The position numbers were made by a program, and so were the translations under genes. DNA of 64,000 nucleotides from Podarcis vaucheri (taxonomy: Eukaryota). Shown here in pieces: positions 35,393 through 49,500 of the stretch; position 1 is the stretch's first letter; the number at the start of each line of letters is the position of its first letter. The notes under the pieces were generated by a model. It was not told the origin of the DNA, did not search any database, and worked only from the letters and a program-made list of their open reading frames with translations. The stretch lies in NCBI GenBank assembly GCA_965113315.1, contig OZ220372.1; one strand, written 5' to 3'.

Positions 35393-35500
35393 TAGAATAG
35401 AATTGTAGAGTTGGAAGGGACCACAAGGGTCATCTAGTCCAACCCCCTGCAATGGAGGAATGTTTTTGCCCAGCTTGGGGCTCAAACCTATGACCCAGAG
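35393..35500 (-). mobile_element. tRNA-Lys SINE with CR1-like tail, 5'-truncated
   Basis: Reverse-complement homologue of 13565-13676. Confidence 0.8.
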
Positions 35501-35931
35501 AAGAGAACATTTTCAAATAGCTTACTTCATATGGTTCTCACTTGGAGTCAATTCCGGCAAATGCCTGGCTAGTGTAGTAGCATAGTGGATAAGGGCTAGA
35601 TAAGAGATTGTGCTTTTGTGTTTGATTACCAGACTGTGGTTTATCAGTTAGATAAATTACTGTTTGGTGATTAATAGGGAGCATGACATCTGCAAATAGT
35701 CTAAGACATTGCAATGGAAACTCCCATAAATCTCAAATCAGATCCAAATTATAATACAAACAAACAAATAAACACCTAGCATCAAAAAGAGCCTTCCATG
35801 ATAAACATAATCTATCCCTTCTTTATGATCTTTTCAGCCATAGGTCAAGGCAAATAACTTTTTATGCATCCAGGTTTTGGGGTTTAAAATGTTCATTATG
35901 CTGCCTCTGTGCAGGAATTTCATTTTTTGCA

Positions 35932-35932
35932 C

Positions 35933-35975
<43 letters not shown>
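35932..35975. repeat. (CT)n(CA)n microsatellite
   Basis: Direct reading. Confidence 0.95.
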
Positions 35976-35976
<1 letters not shown>

Positions 35977-36507
35977 TTATTGTTGGTTTTTCCATTGTCC
36001 CTTAGTTGGATTAATTCCATAAATTTAATTCAGTCAGTTGCTTGATCCGTTTTATCTGCCCAATTTTTCATCTGAGTAAAACAATAAGTCTGACGAAGAA
36101 AAAGGCTTTCTTTGTTTTTAGATGATGTAGGGGCACATCATATCAGGCACTAGCTTTGAAGAAGTTTCCCCTGATGTATGTCATAGAAGGGGAAAGCTTC
36201 TTTTAAAATGGTGCCTGCTGCTTACAGTTTTTGAAAGTAATTGCGCAAAAACAATTTACAAGTTTTTTTGTCTTCTAAAAAACAAAAACAAAATTTAAGA
36301 TCTGCTGCTGTGTTCATCTGTGGAACCTTTTTGTTTTATCAAGTTGTTTTTTTAAAAAAATGAATGAACGGAAACAGTTTATTGCTTGAATTTTCAAAGT
36401 CTAGCATTCAGAAGACTTGTAATGCTGAGCTGCGGTAGGTCACACCCAGTAGCTGATTCCACTAAGCAGCAGGTCATTGGAAACACCACTAAAAAGAGAT
36501 ATCAATA

Positions 36508-36733
36508 CAGTGGCACCTCAGGTTAAGTACTTAATTCATTCTGGAGGTCCGTTCTTAACCTGAAACTGTTCTTAACCTGAATCACCACTTTATCTAATGG
36601 GGCCTGCCGCTGCCACTGCGCCACCGGAGCACGATTTCTGTTCTCATCCTGAAGCAAAGTTCTTAAACTGAAGCACTATTTCTGGGTTAGCAGAGTCTGT
36701 AACCTGAAGCGTATGTAACCCAAGGTACCACTG
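36508..36733. mobile_element. Tigger/pogo-like MITE, family A
   Basis: CAGTGGCACCTCAGG...CAAGGTACCACTG. Confidence 0.9.
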
Positions 36734-38496
36734 CATTAGTACATATAAGAGCAGAAGAAGGTGTAACAACATCAGAAGTGGCTCAACAAGGGTGAGCCAT
36801 GATGCTCACTTCTTATTAGGTATGCTACTATTGCTTATCAGGAAGGAGCAAGGCAGCGTGGTGAGGATGCCAGTGTGGTGCAAACACACCAGCAGAGCCA
36901 ATCCAGCACTCCTTGCAATGCATTCACCCAGTACCCTGCTGCCTCTCCCCGAGATACCACTGTATATAGAAGACACTCTGAACAAGATACATATATTCCA
37001 AGATTTCTGTTTCATGACTGTCTCTGTCTGTCTGTCTTTCTGTTTTATTTCTCACCCACCTGTGAGTTTAGTCCAGGACTGGTACACCGTAGCCTGCATT
37101 GAATTCTTTCTGATTGGTTGATCAAAATTCCATCTTATTGACTCCTATCACCTGTCATCTAAAACTTCAGCCAGGACACAGCCAATGTCTGGGTAACATG
37201 ATGAGCTTTTTGGTTGACAAGAGATGCTGCATATTGTTTTGAATTGGTTTTGACTTGAACTGTAGCCTAAACAGCAGATTCTGACACCTTTTGCCTTACC
37301 TCTCAAAATACCTGGCCCTCTGTGTTACAAACTTATGGGCAGTATCTGGGGATGTTGTCCAGCTTGCAGTGCACTGGTTTGCAGTACTTTCAGGGTAGGG
37401 GGTGGGTGGGTTAAAGGTCTGTTGCAGAGACCCATGGCGTGTCGTTTTGATAATATGTGGTGGCTTGCTGTCTGGATTCCTGTTAAATTCAGGGTCATTA
37501 TGCTAGAATAACAGCCCTGGTACATCTTGTTTAATATGGAGCAAAGGTTAAGTATCTAATAGGTGGTAAGCAGGACTTTGCATAAATAGGGCTTGGGAAT
37601 GACTTCCACGAATGAACATTGTTAAGGAATGCGTCCATTGTTGTAAACAGAGGAGCCCGCTGAGCTCTATGCTGTGATTTTGTGTTATTTCTGACATGAT
37701 TTCCTTATATAGTTCTCTCCACCCTGAAAATTCTGTGCTTTTATAACCATAATAATTATACTGGATGCCCTAAAGAAATTTATCTTATGATCACATAACA
37801 CTGGAAAAATAAAATGTTCTCTACCTTTTAAGCTTTAACCTTTGTCCTACTTAACACAGTCAAGCATGCAGCTATTAAATAATTCTGATACCCCTGTCTT
37901 ATTATTACTTAATCCTGGCATGCCGCTGTTATCTAAGCTAATAAATATTCAACTGTATGTGTTGAAGCTATGCAAATAATTCATTAAATAGTTCTTTGTT
38001 CAATGACAGTTGCATCCTTTTTTTCCTCTTTTTTGAAAAAATAATGAGAGACTGAGAAAGGTATTCTTTCTCAATCAAGACACTCCTTTAGTTTCTATTG
38101 CAAGGTTGTTGTTTTCTTCACCCAGGTTTGCAAGCCTCTGTTGCACTCACCAAGTTCAGGGGAAAGATTTTCCATGACATTTCCATGCTCAGAAATGTAT
38201 TTGGTCACTACTGGATGTCTTAAAAGCTTCCAGCTGGGCCCAAATAAGTGGGGGTCTTGAAGTCACCAAGAGACCCTGATCTCTCAACTGCAGCATACAT
38301 GCCATGGATGGATCTCTTCTCTCTTCTGACACCGAGATCCCAAGGAGAGCCAGAGCCACACCAAGCAGGCTGCAATCATTTCAGAAGCTATGCTTTTGCA
38401 CACACAGATCCTGTTGCAAAAAACAACAATCTGCTGTTGTCTTTGCCCAGCATAACATTGCATGTACATGTTAGGTAGTGTAAATGACTATTGTGA

Positions 38497-38745
38497 GAGC
38501 CAGTTGGTGTAGTGGTTAAGAGCGGTGGACTCGTAATCTGGTGAACCGGGTTCGCTTCCCCGCTCCTCCACATGCAGCTGCTGGGTGACCTTGGACTAGT
38601 CACACTTCTCTGAAGTCTCTCAGCCTCACTCACCTCACAGAGTGTTTGTTGTGGGGGAGGAAGGGAAAGGAGAATGTTAGCCACTTTGAGGCTCCTTAGG
38701 GTAGTGATAAAGCGGGATATCAAATCCAAACTCTTCTTCTTCTTC
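38497..38745 (+). mobile_element. tRNA-derived SINE with (TTC)n tail
   Basis: Same family as 14688-14965; probable TSD CTATTG (38488-38493, 38745-38750). Confidence 0.9.
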
Positions 38746-39578
38746 TATTGCTTCTGAACAGCGATGCTGCATGATCCTGGATTCACAGAAGCAGGCAGGG
38801 TGCCTGCCTAGACTACAGCCTTGGTACAGTTGGAGTCTTCCCTTCTTTCCATGTCCTCAGATGACTCAGACTGGTTAGCAAGGAAGCTTCATTCTGCACT
38901 GTGCTCCTAAGCCCAAGTCTGTGCCAGTACCTAGGCTACAAGACCGAGCCTGTCAGGAATTCCCCTTAAAAACTAGTCCTGTCCTGTTAATCAATTTCCC
39001 CTGGTGGTAAGAGTCCATTTGAATGTATGCTCACAGTAGTAAAGTAACATTGCAGTTTAAAAACCAAACTGTGGGTGTTATAAAAGCAGAATACCCTTTT
39101 TACTGCTATATGATAAGAGGGTGAGGAACATGTAATGGCAACAGCTGCCCATGAAGTATGTGGTATCATATTCATCATATCTGTTTGGAAGGTTCGATGT
39201 AGCACGTATCCTATATTCCTTTTTCACCTCCAGGACTAAACGTAACCTCGTCTATCTGGGAAAGCCTGTAAAAGTGAACATTTGCATTCATATTTTATGG
39301 CATGTATACCATGCTGGGTCTTTTCTAACGTCTTCCACAAGGCTGGTTGATGCCCCCCAGTGCTGAAGGACCCGATCCAAGCTGCCTCAAAACAAACCTT
39401 TCATTGTGGTACCACAAGGATGTAGATGACTGTAGTGAATGGGCAGGTATAGAGAAGCTAAGGCAGGTCTTCAGCTATGTTAGTGCCAAGTTGTGTAGGG
39501 GCTTTGTATACTAATGATAAATTCGATCCGTTAGCATATTGGCTTCCTATCCTATGCAAATTGTGTAGGGCTTGATAT

Positions 39579-39759
39579 TTGTTGTTGTTTAGTCGTGCCC
39601 GACTCTTTGTGACCCCATGGACCAGAGCACGCCAGGCACTCCTGTCTTCCACTGCCTCCCGCAGTTTGGTCAAACTCATGCTGGTAGCTTCGAGAACACT
39701 GTCCAACCATCTTGTCCTCTGTCGTCCCCTTCCCCTTGTGCCCTCAATCTTTCCCAAGA
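39579..39759 (-). mobile_element. Bov-B (RTE) 3' fragment
   Basis: LGKIEGTRGRGRQRTRWLDSVLEATSMSLTKLREAVEDRSAWRALVHGVTKSR; (AAC)n tail; TSD TTGATAT (39572-39578, 39760-39766). Confidence 0.93.
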
Positions 39760-42700
39760 TTGATATAGACTGTGACAATAGTGGGGGGGGGGCAGAGAAA
39801 TGTTAAGCCCTAACTGTAGTCCCTATCCCTCCCCTACATCTGTTCAGAGAGAGAGCCTTCCAAACAACATGGACAATTGTATGAGAGGGGCACAGGGAGG
39901 CTGTAGCAGGAAGGAAGAATCTGCAGAAAATCACCTCTGCTTCTCTCACACCAGCACACCTTTCCATTATATCAAAATCCATCACACATAATGATTCACA
40001 CACGCCCTCTTAATAAGACTTGCTTCTTATCCTCTTAATGCAGAAAGTCTGGTTGAAAAAAGATGGTCTAGTTTTCTAATAAAGTCTGACCCAAGGAGCT
40101 GCTAAATTCTCCCAAATAAATGCTACCCTGCTATAGGCTTTGCAATGCTGGAGGATGTCATGTCACTTATATAAGGAAACTTAATTTTTATTTTACTGTT
40201 GCATTTCTGAGGTTATAGAAATGATTTTCTGTGTCACTTCCACATGCAGCACCATTGCAAATATATACTGTAGAATTGTGACTATGACTCTTCTAAACAA
40301 GGGTAGTGTTTCATTCATTAAAAATATAATACTTCAGTGCTTTTAATAAATGATCATTATTTCTGTGAAGTAGCACTAAAGGGTTTAAAAAGAAGTCCTC
40401 GTAACCTTCTGCACTAAGTACTCTGAGATGCCTTTTCAGTTTTCAATTGGTTGCCTAAAATAAACAAACAGCATGCTTTATCACTGACCAATCAGGATTA
40501 CAAAAGGGCTTTAAATGCTCATACTAAAGTTTCTATAGCCAGGAGAGTTAATTATTGTCTTTGGGCAGAGGTCTTCTACCAGGTAATTCACCACTTTCTC
40601 TTCCATTTTTACTTAAAGATAGCAGACAATGTTGGACCATAATAATGGACATTAATAATTAGCAGTAATGAAATGATTATGGGTTGTTTTGCATTGTGCT
40701 AGCATGTTGGTGTAATTGTTTAACTGCATGCATCGCATATATATTAGGTCTTTTAGGCTGCAACTGTGTAGAAACTTACGTGAATTCAAGTTCCATTGAA
40801 TTCAGTGGGGCTTACTCCTGAGCAAATGTGTTTACATACCTCTAGCCCCAGCCTTTTCAAAATCAGATGTATTCCTAGTCATTTCAACATAACAAATGCG
40901 ACAATTTTACTGTGTTACAGGTGATGATGGAAACCTTTTCATGAATAATTTGAAGAGTATGTGAAAGGCCTGGTTATGAATTTTTCCAAGTTCTTATTTT
41001 TTCCCGGAAAAAATATTTTAAAGATATTCTTGTGATAAGGTTTCATTTGGGAATCAGTCTATATATTTATTCCTTCTTTCAACTGACTGTGCCTGATTTA
41101 TCAGTTCACCAAAGCCTTTGCCTAAATTAGAGAGCCTAGCAATTTTCATGAAAGCTAATCACTTATGCAGCTAAAAAAAGAAAAAAAAATGCTCTAAAAA
41201 TTAATCAACCTCTACCTGTTTCATCAAATTGGCAATACCTTTGAGTAATTAATGAAATGCTACCTGCTACAATGATGAAATGTCTGCATAATTCACAAAG
41301 GGCTGTGGTTATTTTGCAGATTTGACAAATGAGCTTGAAAATTCACCAGTTAGGCAGGGGATTTGCTTTATTCCTTATTTGTTGATTCCTGAGATTAGGC
41401 TGAACTTTAGTTTATTTCACGAACTATTAAGACACTGCTGAGTTCCCTGAATTAGTCAGGGACTTCATTTAAACTGTGAGAGTCAGGCAGAAGTAGTCAG
41501 AATTTTATGTTGCAAGCAGAGGAGCTTCTTCATTTCAGCAATTTATATACTGCTGAAACTTGCTCAAATTACCACTATTAAACATTTATTTAGCGCCAAT
41601 CGTTGTGCTGTATGATGTTACCAGTTACACATGGAAGAACTTTTCATGACTTAAAGTGGTATTTTGATTTTAAACGTAAAACCATTTATGATTACTATTT
41701 TACAAATATAGCAATTGACAGTATACTTTTCACAGTGCAATCCCAAACATGCATACATAGAAGTAAGTTCCATTGATCTTCACGATGTTTAAACCCAGAT
41801 CATATATGAATGGAGCCTTAGGGTGTAATCCAATTCTCTCTTACCTGGGAGTAAACTCCATTGAATTAAATGAGTAGGCGTGTAGGATTGCATTGCCAGC
41901 ATGTATACATCTGTAGATGGCAATAATCTGGGAAATTATCCATTGTTATGCATATTGAAACTCCTTCCAGACTAGATTTAGTCAACGTATTTGTGCATTA
42001 AGTGAAACTGAGTGGGTGGAGGATTTAATTAATGCATGCTGGATGGAAAGGGGGAAATGGATAGACTAGGCAAGTGAAAAAAAGAAAAATGAGGACTGTA
42101 AAGCAAAATTTATGCTGGATTTCAAGGTGAGGACAAAAAGTGGAAATATAAAGTGAAAGGGACGAGTGGCAATAAAAGAGACCCGACTAAAGAGCTGGAT
42201 GTGCTTGAAACAGCACCCAAGAAATATGTTGAATGGTTTTGCAGAATAAGAAGGGGGGAAAAGAGACTCATAATGCAGGACATCAGAAATGAATAATCTT
42301 TTATGAAATAGTCCAACTTTTATAAGCATGCATTGCCTTGTTAAATAGATACATCTCAAGGTGAGACACCTGATATGATTTCTGCCAAGACCACCGTTAT
42401 TTTCCCAATCCAGAGATCCATGTGTGCTTCTGAGACAAACAAAATTATTCGAAAACATTTATCTTAGGCCTTTTTAAAAAGGGGGTGGGTGTTTTAGAAG
42501 TTGCATTTGTTTTGGTGGCACACAATTTCATATCACTTTGGTGCCCAAACTATACACTTTCATTATAGCATGCTTACTAACAGCCTCTGAGGGTGCTGCA
42601 AAAGAGATGGGCCAGAAATCCACTGTGCTTCAAGGCATCATCTTTCTTTCATTTCTAGACCACCCATTGAGCCAAGTCCTCTGGGCAGTTTACAGAAATA

Positions 42701-43076
42701 TAAGCAATATCATATCATCCATAAAGCCATATCAATGCAAAAACTCAACGTCCACTATAAAATGTTACCAAGAAGCAGCATAAAAACAGAGTAGCATAAA
42801 ATTAACAGGAAAAACCAGCAAGAGAAAGCATTTCATGCCTTGACATTTTTTTTAAAAAAAAATCAAAACATATAACTGAAACTAAAAGACCCTGTTGAAT
42901 AAAAAAAAGTTAAATTTGCTTGGCCTTGAAAATAACATAATATAGGTGCTAGTAAAACCTTTTTTTTTGGGGGGAAGATATTCCATAATTGGGGTGCAAC
43001 CACCAAGAAGCCTCTCTTGATGCCTGGCCATATACAGGCTGGGAATGTATATGAGAATCCTAACATAGTAATGTTT

Positions 43077-43277
43077 CAGTTACAGATAGGTAGCCGTGTT
43101 GGTCTGCCATAGTCAAAATAAAAAAAATCCTTCCAGTAGCACCTTAAAGACCAACTAAGTTAGTTCTTGGTATGAGCTTTCGTGTGCATGAAAGTGAAGA
43201 AGTGTGCATGCACACGAAAGCTCATACCAAGAACTAACTTAGTTGGTCTTTAAGGTGCTACTGGAAGGAATTTTTTT
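43077..43277. mobile_element. Penelope-like element terminal fragment arranged as an inverted repeat
   Basis: GGTAGCCGTGTTGGTCTG start; ~62-bp perfect inverted arms (TCCTTCCAGTAGCACCTTAAAGACC...CTTTCGTGTGCATG and complement); 12-bp direct flank ATAGTAATGTTT (43065-43076, 43278-43289). Confidence 0.8.
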
Positions 43278-44465
43278 ATAGTAATGTTTGTACCACAGTT
43301 GGACCTGCTGTCCTTATTGAGTAAACTTCAAAATATTAGCACTGAGCATGCCATTTGAACAGATGTTCTCTTCAGATGCAAAGTAGTTATACCACCGCTC
43401 CAGGTGAATGTTGAGTTCTAGAGATTACAAATAAATTGATGATCATTCGGAGAAGGATACAGTTAAGACACTGGCATTCTTGCAGGATCTTGGTCCGATC
43501 CAGCCAGGCACCTCTTACATTCTTAAGTGATCCTGAATATATCAAGGTAAGATGAACCTGCTAGATCAAGCCAAAAGTCCACCAAGGTGGTCAGCAAGAA
43601 GAATTTGAGTGCAGCTGCACTCTCTGCATCTGTAATTCCCAGCAATTGGTATTCAAAGACATACTAACTCTCACAACGAAGGTAGAACAGATCTATTGTG
43701 GCTAGTAGCCATTGATATTCCTTCACCTTTAAGTAGAACTTTAAGATCCCCAAAGCCTGTGTCTCTGTTTAGTATTCCTTATGCTCTTAGTGGTTCCTGA
43801 AAAGTTGCTTTAAAAGTAGCACACAAATTGACTTGCCAGGATACCTTCCCGTTTTGTCAAACAGCCAGAGAGAGAGAACAAGAGACTTAGTTTTGTAGCA
43901 TTTTTCAGTTCCTCCTGGGTAGCCTCAGAGGAAGGAAACATCTTGCCTGACCCACTTAGTATCAGACACATTGGGATGTAAGGTAGGTGGGATAAGCAAG
44001 AGCACACTGTGCCATAAAACCACACTAGAATAATAAGAATGTGGTTGGTTTTATGGTACTGACATTGCGTCTGACAATCCATTTTTGATCTCCTATTACA
44101 ATGCAAGGAAGTAAGGAGATAAAAATTATCAGGAAACCAAGAGTATCCAGAAACTGCAGAAACACAAACAGGAAAGCAAGATGGGATGAACTGGAAAAAG
44201 CAAGGGATTCTTATGCAGAAAAAATATTCCTATTTGAAACTGAGGTTGTCTATGTGCTTACAGGGCACCCCCAGGGAAGCACGTAAGCAGGTTAATGTCA
44301 TAACATGTTTTGCAAGAAAGGATTAGTGTTAAGTTGCAGGTACAGTGGAGCATATGCTTTGAATGCTCAGGCTCCCAGTGAATGGGGCAACACAAATGAT
44401 GTGAGAGAGAACAAAAAGTTTAAAATGGCACATGGATCCAATAGTGGAATTCTACTAATAGGACC

Positions 44466-44815
44466 GGGATGCGGGTGGCACTGTGGTCTAAACCACAGAG
44501 CCTAGGGGTTGCCGATCAGAAGGTCAGTGGTTCAAATCCCCGCGACGGAGTGAGCTCCTGCTGCTCAGTCCCTGCTCCTGCCAACCTAGCAGTTCGAAAG
44601 CATGTCAAAGTGCAAGTAGATAAATAGGTACTGCTCTGGCGGGAAGGTAAACGGCGCTTCCGTGCGCTGCTCTGGTTCGCCAGAAGCAGCTTAGTCATGT
44701 TGGCCACATGACCCGGAAGCTGTATGCCGGCTCCCTCGGCCAATAAAGCGAGATGAGCGCCGCAACCTCAGAGTCGTCCACAACTGGACCTAACAGTCAG
44801 GGGTCCCTTTACCTT
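44466..44815 (+). mobile_element. Sauria SINE (full length)
   Basis: GGGATGCGGGTGGCACTGTGG head, B box GGTTCAAATCC, CCTTTACCTT tail. Confidence 0.93.
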
Positions 44816-45994
44816 GCGAATTTTTCGCTGATTTCTTGCAGCCCCCTGTTTTATCCCCAAGGTTGTTCCTGGGGGGGGGGTGTATGGAGAGACCCATGAA
44901 GGTCGCCTTTCCTTTCCTCCAGCAGCAACCTCTGCTGGTTCGGAATCCCTTGCATAATGGAAGGAGCCCTTCCATACACGAAAGGGCATGGCTGGATATG
45001 TCCCAGAATCTTTCAATGGCATGATATATACAGTCACATGTAAAGCATGACAATGCTTAAGTTTAGTGTGGGTGATCTTTATCACACATAAATTTAGTGG
45101 CAAACAACCTATATCGTAGGAGAGAATTAAAGCCATAATGCTGCTTTCCCTTGTTTGTTCTTTTTAAAATTGAAACTACCCAAATCTTATGCTTCCATTT
45201 TGCATTTAAGCCTGTAATCCTAAATACACTATCTTGGAAATAAATCTTCCATGAATTCACTTACTATATGTGCACTTCATTTTCTTATTTCTTGAAAGGA
45301 ATTCTGGACAATTAAGTCTGTCTTCCTACACATGCAGAGAACATCTAGTATGGAAACAGCATTTGGAATAATATTATGAATGCTTTCAAAAGAACAAAGT
45401 AAACTCACTGAAAAGCTTTAAAAGAAAATACCATTGTTCTGACTTGCCTTTTATTTGTGTAGCCCGAAGTAGAAATCACCCAAGTTGTTTCTGAGTTAAT
45501 TATATTATTTTTATGACAGCATTGCAGTTGGGAAAGAGGAAGGGAGGAAAGAGAGATCAAATGGGCTTTGCTGAAAAAGATAGGATTTAAACTGTCAACT
45601 TTGTAGGTTCCATTTGTGCTACGCTATTATGTGAGGCAATGGTTCTTACTACTTTACTTGTTCTCAAAATGCAGTAACTCTCGCCTACTGAAAATGCTTC
45701 GGGGTTGAACCAATAAAAATAATTTGAATTTTCTAAATAACTATTGCTTTTAGAGGATGCATTTGAGCAAGAAGTCGGCTCCCCACTTCAAATAATAGTT
45801 AATGGTCTTCAGATTCTTCTCTCTCCAGGTGCGCCCTGAATCATAGATTTCACTGACATGCGCATGAAAATGTACCGTTCGTTGTGAGCAGGCAATTTTT
45901 ACCTCAGTCTTTTATGTAGCTTTGAATAAGTGTGTCTCTGTTGCAGTTATAATGAACTTTGTTGAAAATCTACGGTATGTCCATTCGTACATGG

Positions 45995-46585
45995 AGCAGA
46001 ATGCCGCAGCGAGACTCCTTACGGGGTCTTCGCTGCGGGATCACATTCATCCGGTGCTATACCAGCTGCACTGGCTCCCAGTGGAGTACAGGATCAGGTT
46101 TAAGGTGCTGGTTTTAACCTTTAAAGCCCTATACGGCCTAGGACCCTCGTATCTACGGGACCGCCTCTCCTGGTATGCCCCACAGAGGAACTTACGGTCC
46201 TCTAATAAAAACATCTTGAAGGTCCCAGGCCACAGAGAGGTTAGGCTGGCCTCAACTAGAGCCAGGGCTTTTTCGGCTGCGGCTCCAACCTGGTGGAACG
46301 CTCTGTCACAAGAGACAAGGGCCCTGCAGGACTTGACATCTTTCCGCAGGGCCTGCAAGACAGAGCTGTTCCACCAGGCCTTTGGTTAGGGCACAGCCTG
46401 ACTCCCTCCTTCAGCAATCTTTACAATACTTTAGTTTATGGTTGCCATTAATTTTGATTTTAATTAATTCTTATGATGTTTTTATATTGTTGCACTTTTT
46501 TAGTGTTGTTAGCCGCCCTGAGCCCGGCTTTGGCTGGGGAGGGCGGGATATAAATAAAAATTTATTATTATTATTATTATTATTA
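45995..46585 (+). mobile_element. Young L2 LINE 3' fragment, ORF2 end open
   Basis: QNAAARLLTG..DHIHPVLYQLHWLPVEYRIRFKVLVLTFKALYGLGPSYL..RAFSAAAPTWWNAL; CpGs retained; (TTA)n tail. Confidence 0.95.
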
Positions 46586-49500
46586 AGGCAAGAGGGAAAT
46601 GGTTGCCATAGCAGATCAACACTATCACTGAAGGTATTACCTGACACAAATCTGCCAGGGATATGCCCTCTCTCTGTTAGCTCTGGTGCTGCTAATGTCA
46701 CTGCAGGCAACGACTGAAGGGAGAAAGGACAGTATATGAAGTATCAGAGAGAACAGGAGATAGAGCCCCTATGTATCTCAAGGCAACCTTCCAGACTTCA
46801 TGCCCTGCACGTTATGAACTAGGCAGCACTTACAAAGAGCATCCAAAAAGGTGGCAATCAGATCTGTAAGTCAATAAACCAGAACATGGTTAAATTCCAA
46901 TACATGGAGAACCATGATGAAAGGAAGCATGCACCGACTTGTCCACAGCACAAGTTGATTTTTGACCCAGAAGCTTTCATAGATACAACTCACGGCGCTT
47001 TAGGAAGTGGAGCCATTTCAGACAGGTATGGAAGGGAGAGGTTGAGTGATAAGGAGAGGGAATGTCAACATTTCCATGGTCAATAGCTTAGTCGTGTCGG
47101 GAGGTCCCAACCCACTGATTTCACAGGCTGGAAGGCCCATATTCTGTCAAGTCAGGGGTCAGAGGTTTGCTATGACAACAGGCTCTCTTCATATTATTAT
47201 TGGAACGCCCTTCCACTTCCCTTTTGTGAGGCAGAAATTGGGGCAAGCTTAAAATACCTTCTGAAGATCCATCTATTTAAGCAGGCTTTCCCTTGCTCAT
47301 AAGATTCATCACACTGCTCTGCTTTATTATGCATTGACATTTAATTGATGCCTTATGTGTTATTTCCAATGTATTTTTTGCTTATCATGTTGCATGTAGA
47401 CTTTTCTCTTTTTAATAACCTTACTGTGTTTTTATGTATGCGTTTTGTATGCTTAGGAATTTGGCTATTAAGTGGTACATAAATGTACATAAATCATCTT
47501 CCTGTTTATTGGCTGAAAATAGGAGTATTTAAAAACAACAACAACCAGGTTGACTGAACACCAGCCATGTAGTTCTTAAACATACACAAAACACATACAC
47601 AGCTGCAGACAAAGAACGGCTTGAGAAAGAGGTAAAAGACATGCTTTGCTCAGTTATTTCTGGTCAAAGCACTGTTGCTCCTGTGTTAAAATCTACTGGG
47701 AAAGGTCAATGCAAAATGAGGAAAATTTAAATACCTTGTATACAGAAAACACTTTATTCTCAAATGCCATTATGCATTGAGCAGATCGACCAAAGAGCTG
47801 TTCGCACAGCTGCAATTCCCCATTTTCCTTTCAAAATTTGGGTCATAGTCATTAAAAGTTGCTGCATGGGAGTTTGCTATTACCTAGGCTGCAAATAATT
47901 CCCAACTTGTAGCTGGGCATTTTATTCTGGGGGGGGGGGAATAGAGAGAGAACTGAGAGAGCCCTCATAACTGGCTTTTTAAAGTTCATTACACCTTCAT
48001 TCTGACACAAACGCTCTTCCAGCTCTCAGATGACAAATGTTACTGAGAGATTTTTATGGGCTTGTTGCAATTTTAATTTTAGTGTGCATTGTTCTACATT
48101 TTCACTTGAGGGAATTGCATTATAATTTTCCCGCTCTTGGTACTGGTTTCTTCAGACTTCATTTATTACATTTATATTTTGCCAAAATGTATCCAGAATA
48201 AGAAAGGGGGTAACAAAAAAGTGTTTCAAAAGAATGTAAGTTTTGTTAACCCCAAATGACAGTAGTAGAAATCTTGCCCCAGGAAACAAAAATTGTGTCT
48301 TCTTTCTTTATTTTCTTCTTGCATACACTTGCTGTAAGAATTTCTAAAGTCACATTTCCCCCAAACAATTGTCCCAAAAAACCCCACAAACTCTAGCAAC
48401 AATGAATCTTTCTTTTTCTCTTTTGTAGTAATGAAACCACATTTGTAGAATTTTATGGGTCAAGTGGGGAGGGAAAACCTGACAGTGATAAAGAAAGGCG
48501 GGGAGATCAGTTTTAGGTGCCATTTCAGTTTAAGAGTTTTCTCAGTTCGCTTTGAGACAGGGCATTTATGGGATTGGTCAGGATGATGCACACATGGTAA
48601 CTCAAACTGTGAACATGAAGGAAAGTACTGGGAGGAAAAGGAATAGAAGGAGATATGTACAAATTGAAATTGATGCCCAAGGTTCCTTAGTAATGGATTT
48701 TTGTTGCCATTATAAAATTTCCAGGGAGAGATTAACAGCATCTTGTCTGCTTCTAGGACAACTGGAAGTGTTCTGCGGCTGACTAGGAGAGGTTACAATG
48801 ACTCCCTGGGACATTTTTAATGTCATCTTGTGCCTCCAAGTCAGGGACACTCTAAAAATGAACAATAGGGTTCAAGACTAGCACAGTCCAGCCACTGAAA
48901 TATGAAATTTGGTTTACCTAGAGGTTTGTGAACACATTGTGAAGAATATTTGTGCCTCTTAATACCACAATTGGAAATAAAATAATTAGAAAATGTATAA
49001 TTAGGAAATGTCCAACTGATTTCAATGGGTGCCCACTAAGTATAAGTCTGGATTCAGCCTGCAAGTAGCATTTGAGCAAAAACTTAGTTGTTCTTCCTTA
49101 ATTAGAAGCAGAAGCTCAGAGTTTTCAAATAATATTTCACTAGTACATATGACTGTCTCATAGCAACCCTTCTCGCTTATATCAGCTTGACCTTCTCCAG
49201 GTCAACTGATGGTCAAAGCTTGTGGTGGCTGGAATGCCAGATGACTAAGAGCAATGCATTCAATGAGATTGCAATGGAAGTCTTTCCTAAAATGTTAGTA
49301 GAACTCCTTCCCTGCCAACGAGTTCAAGAGGAGCTTTCAGCAGGTTTATTAATTTCTATTTATAAACCTTGGAAACATTCTAGCACACTGTTCGCTCTCA
49401 CTGAATAAAGGAGAGCTAAATAAATTGTACCCAGTCAGAAACTCGTGGTGTATTTCGGAACGCTTTATGTTGACTTGCTATTACAGAAAATTGGAAAAGT

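Noticed and set aside
36088-36110. CTGACGA as a hammerhead core
   Set aside because: No stem II followed by GAAA and UH with pairing arms.
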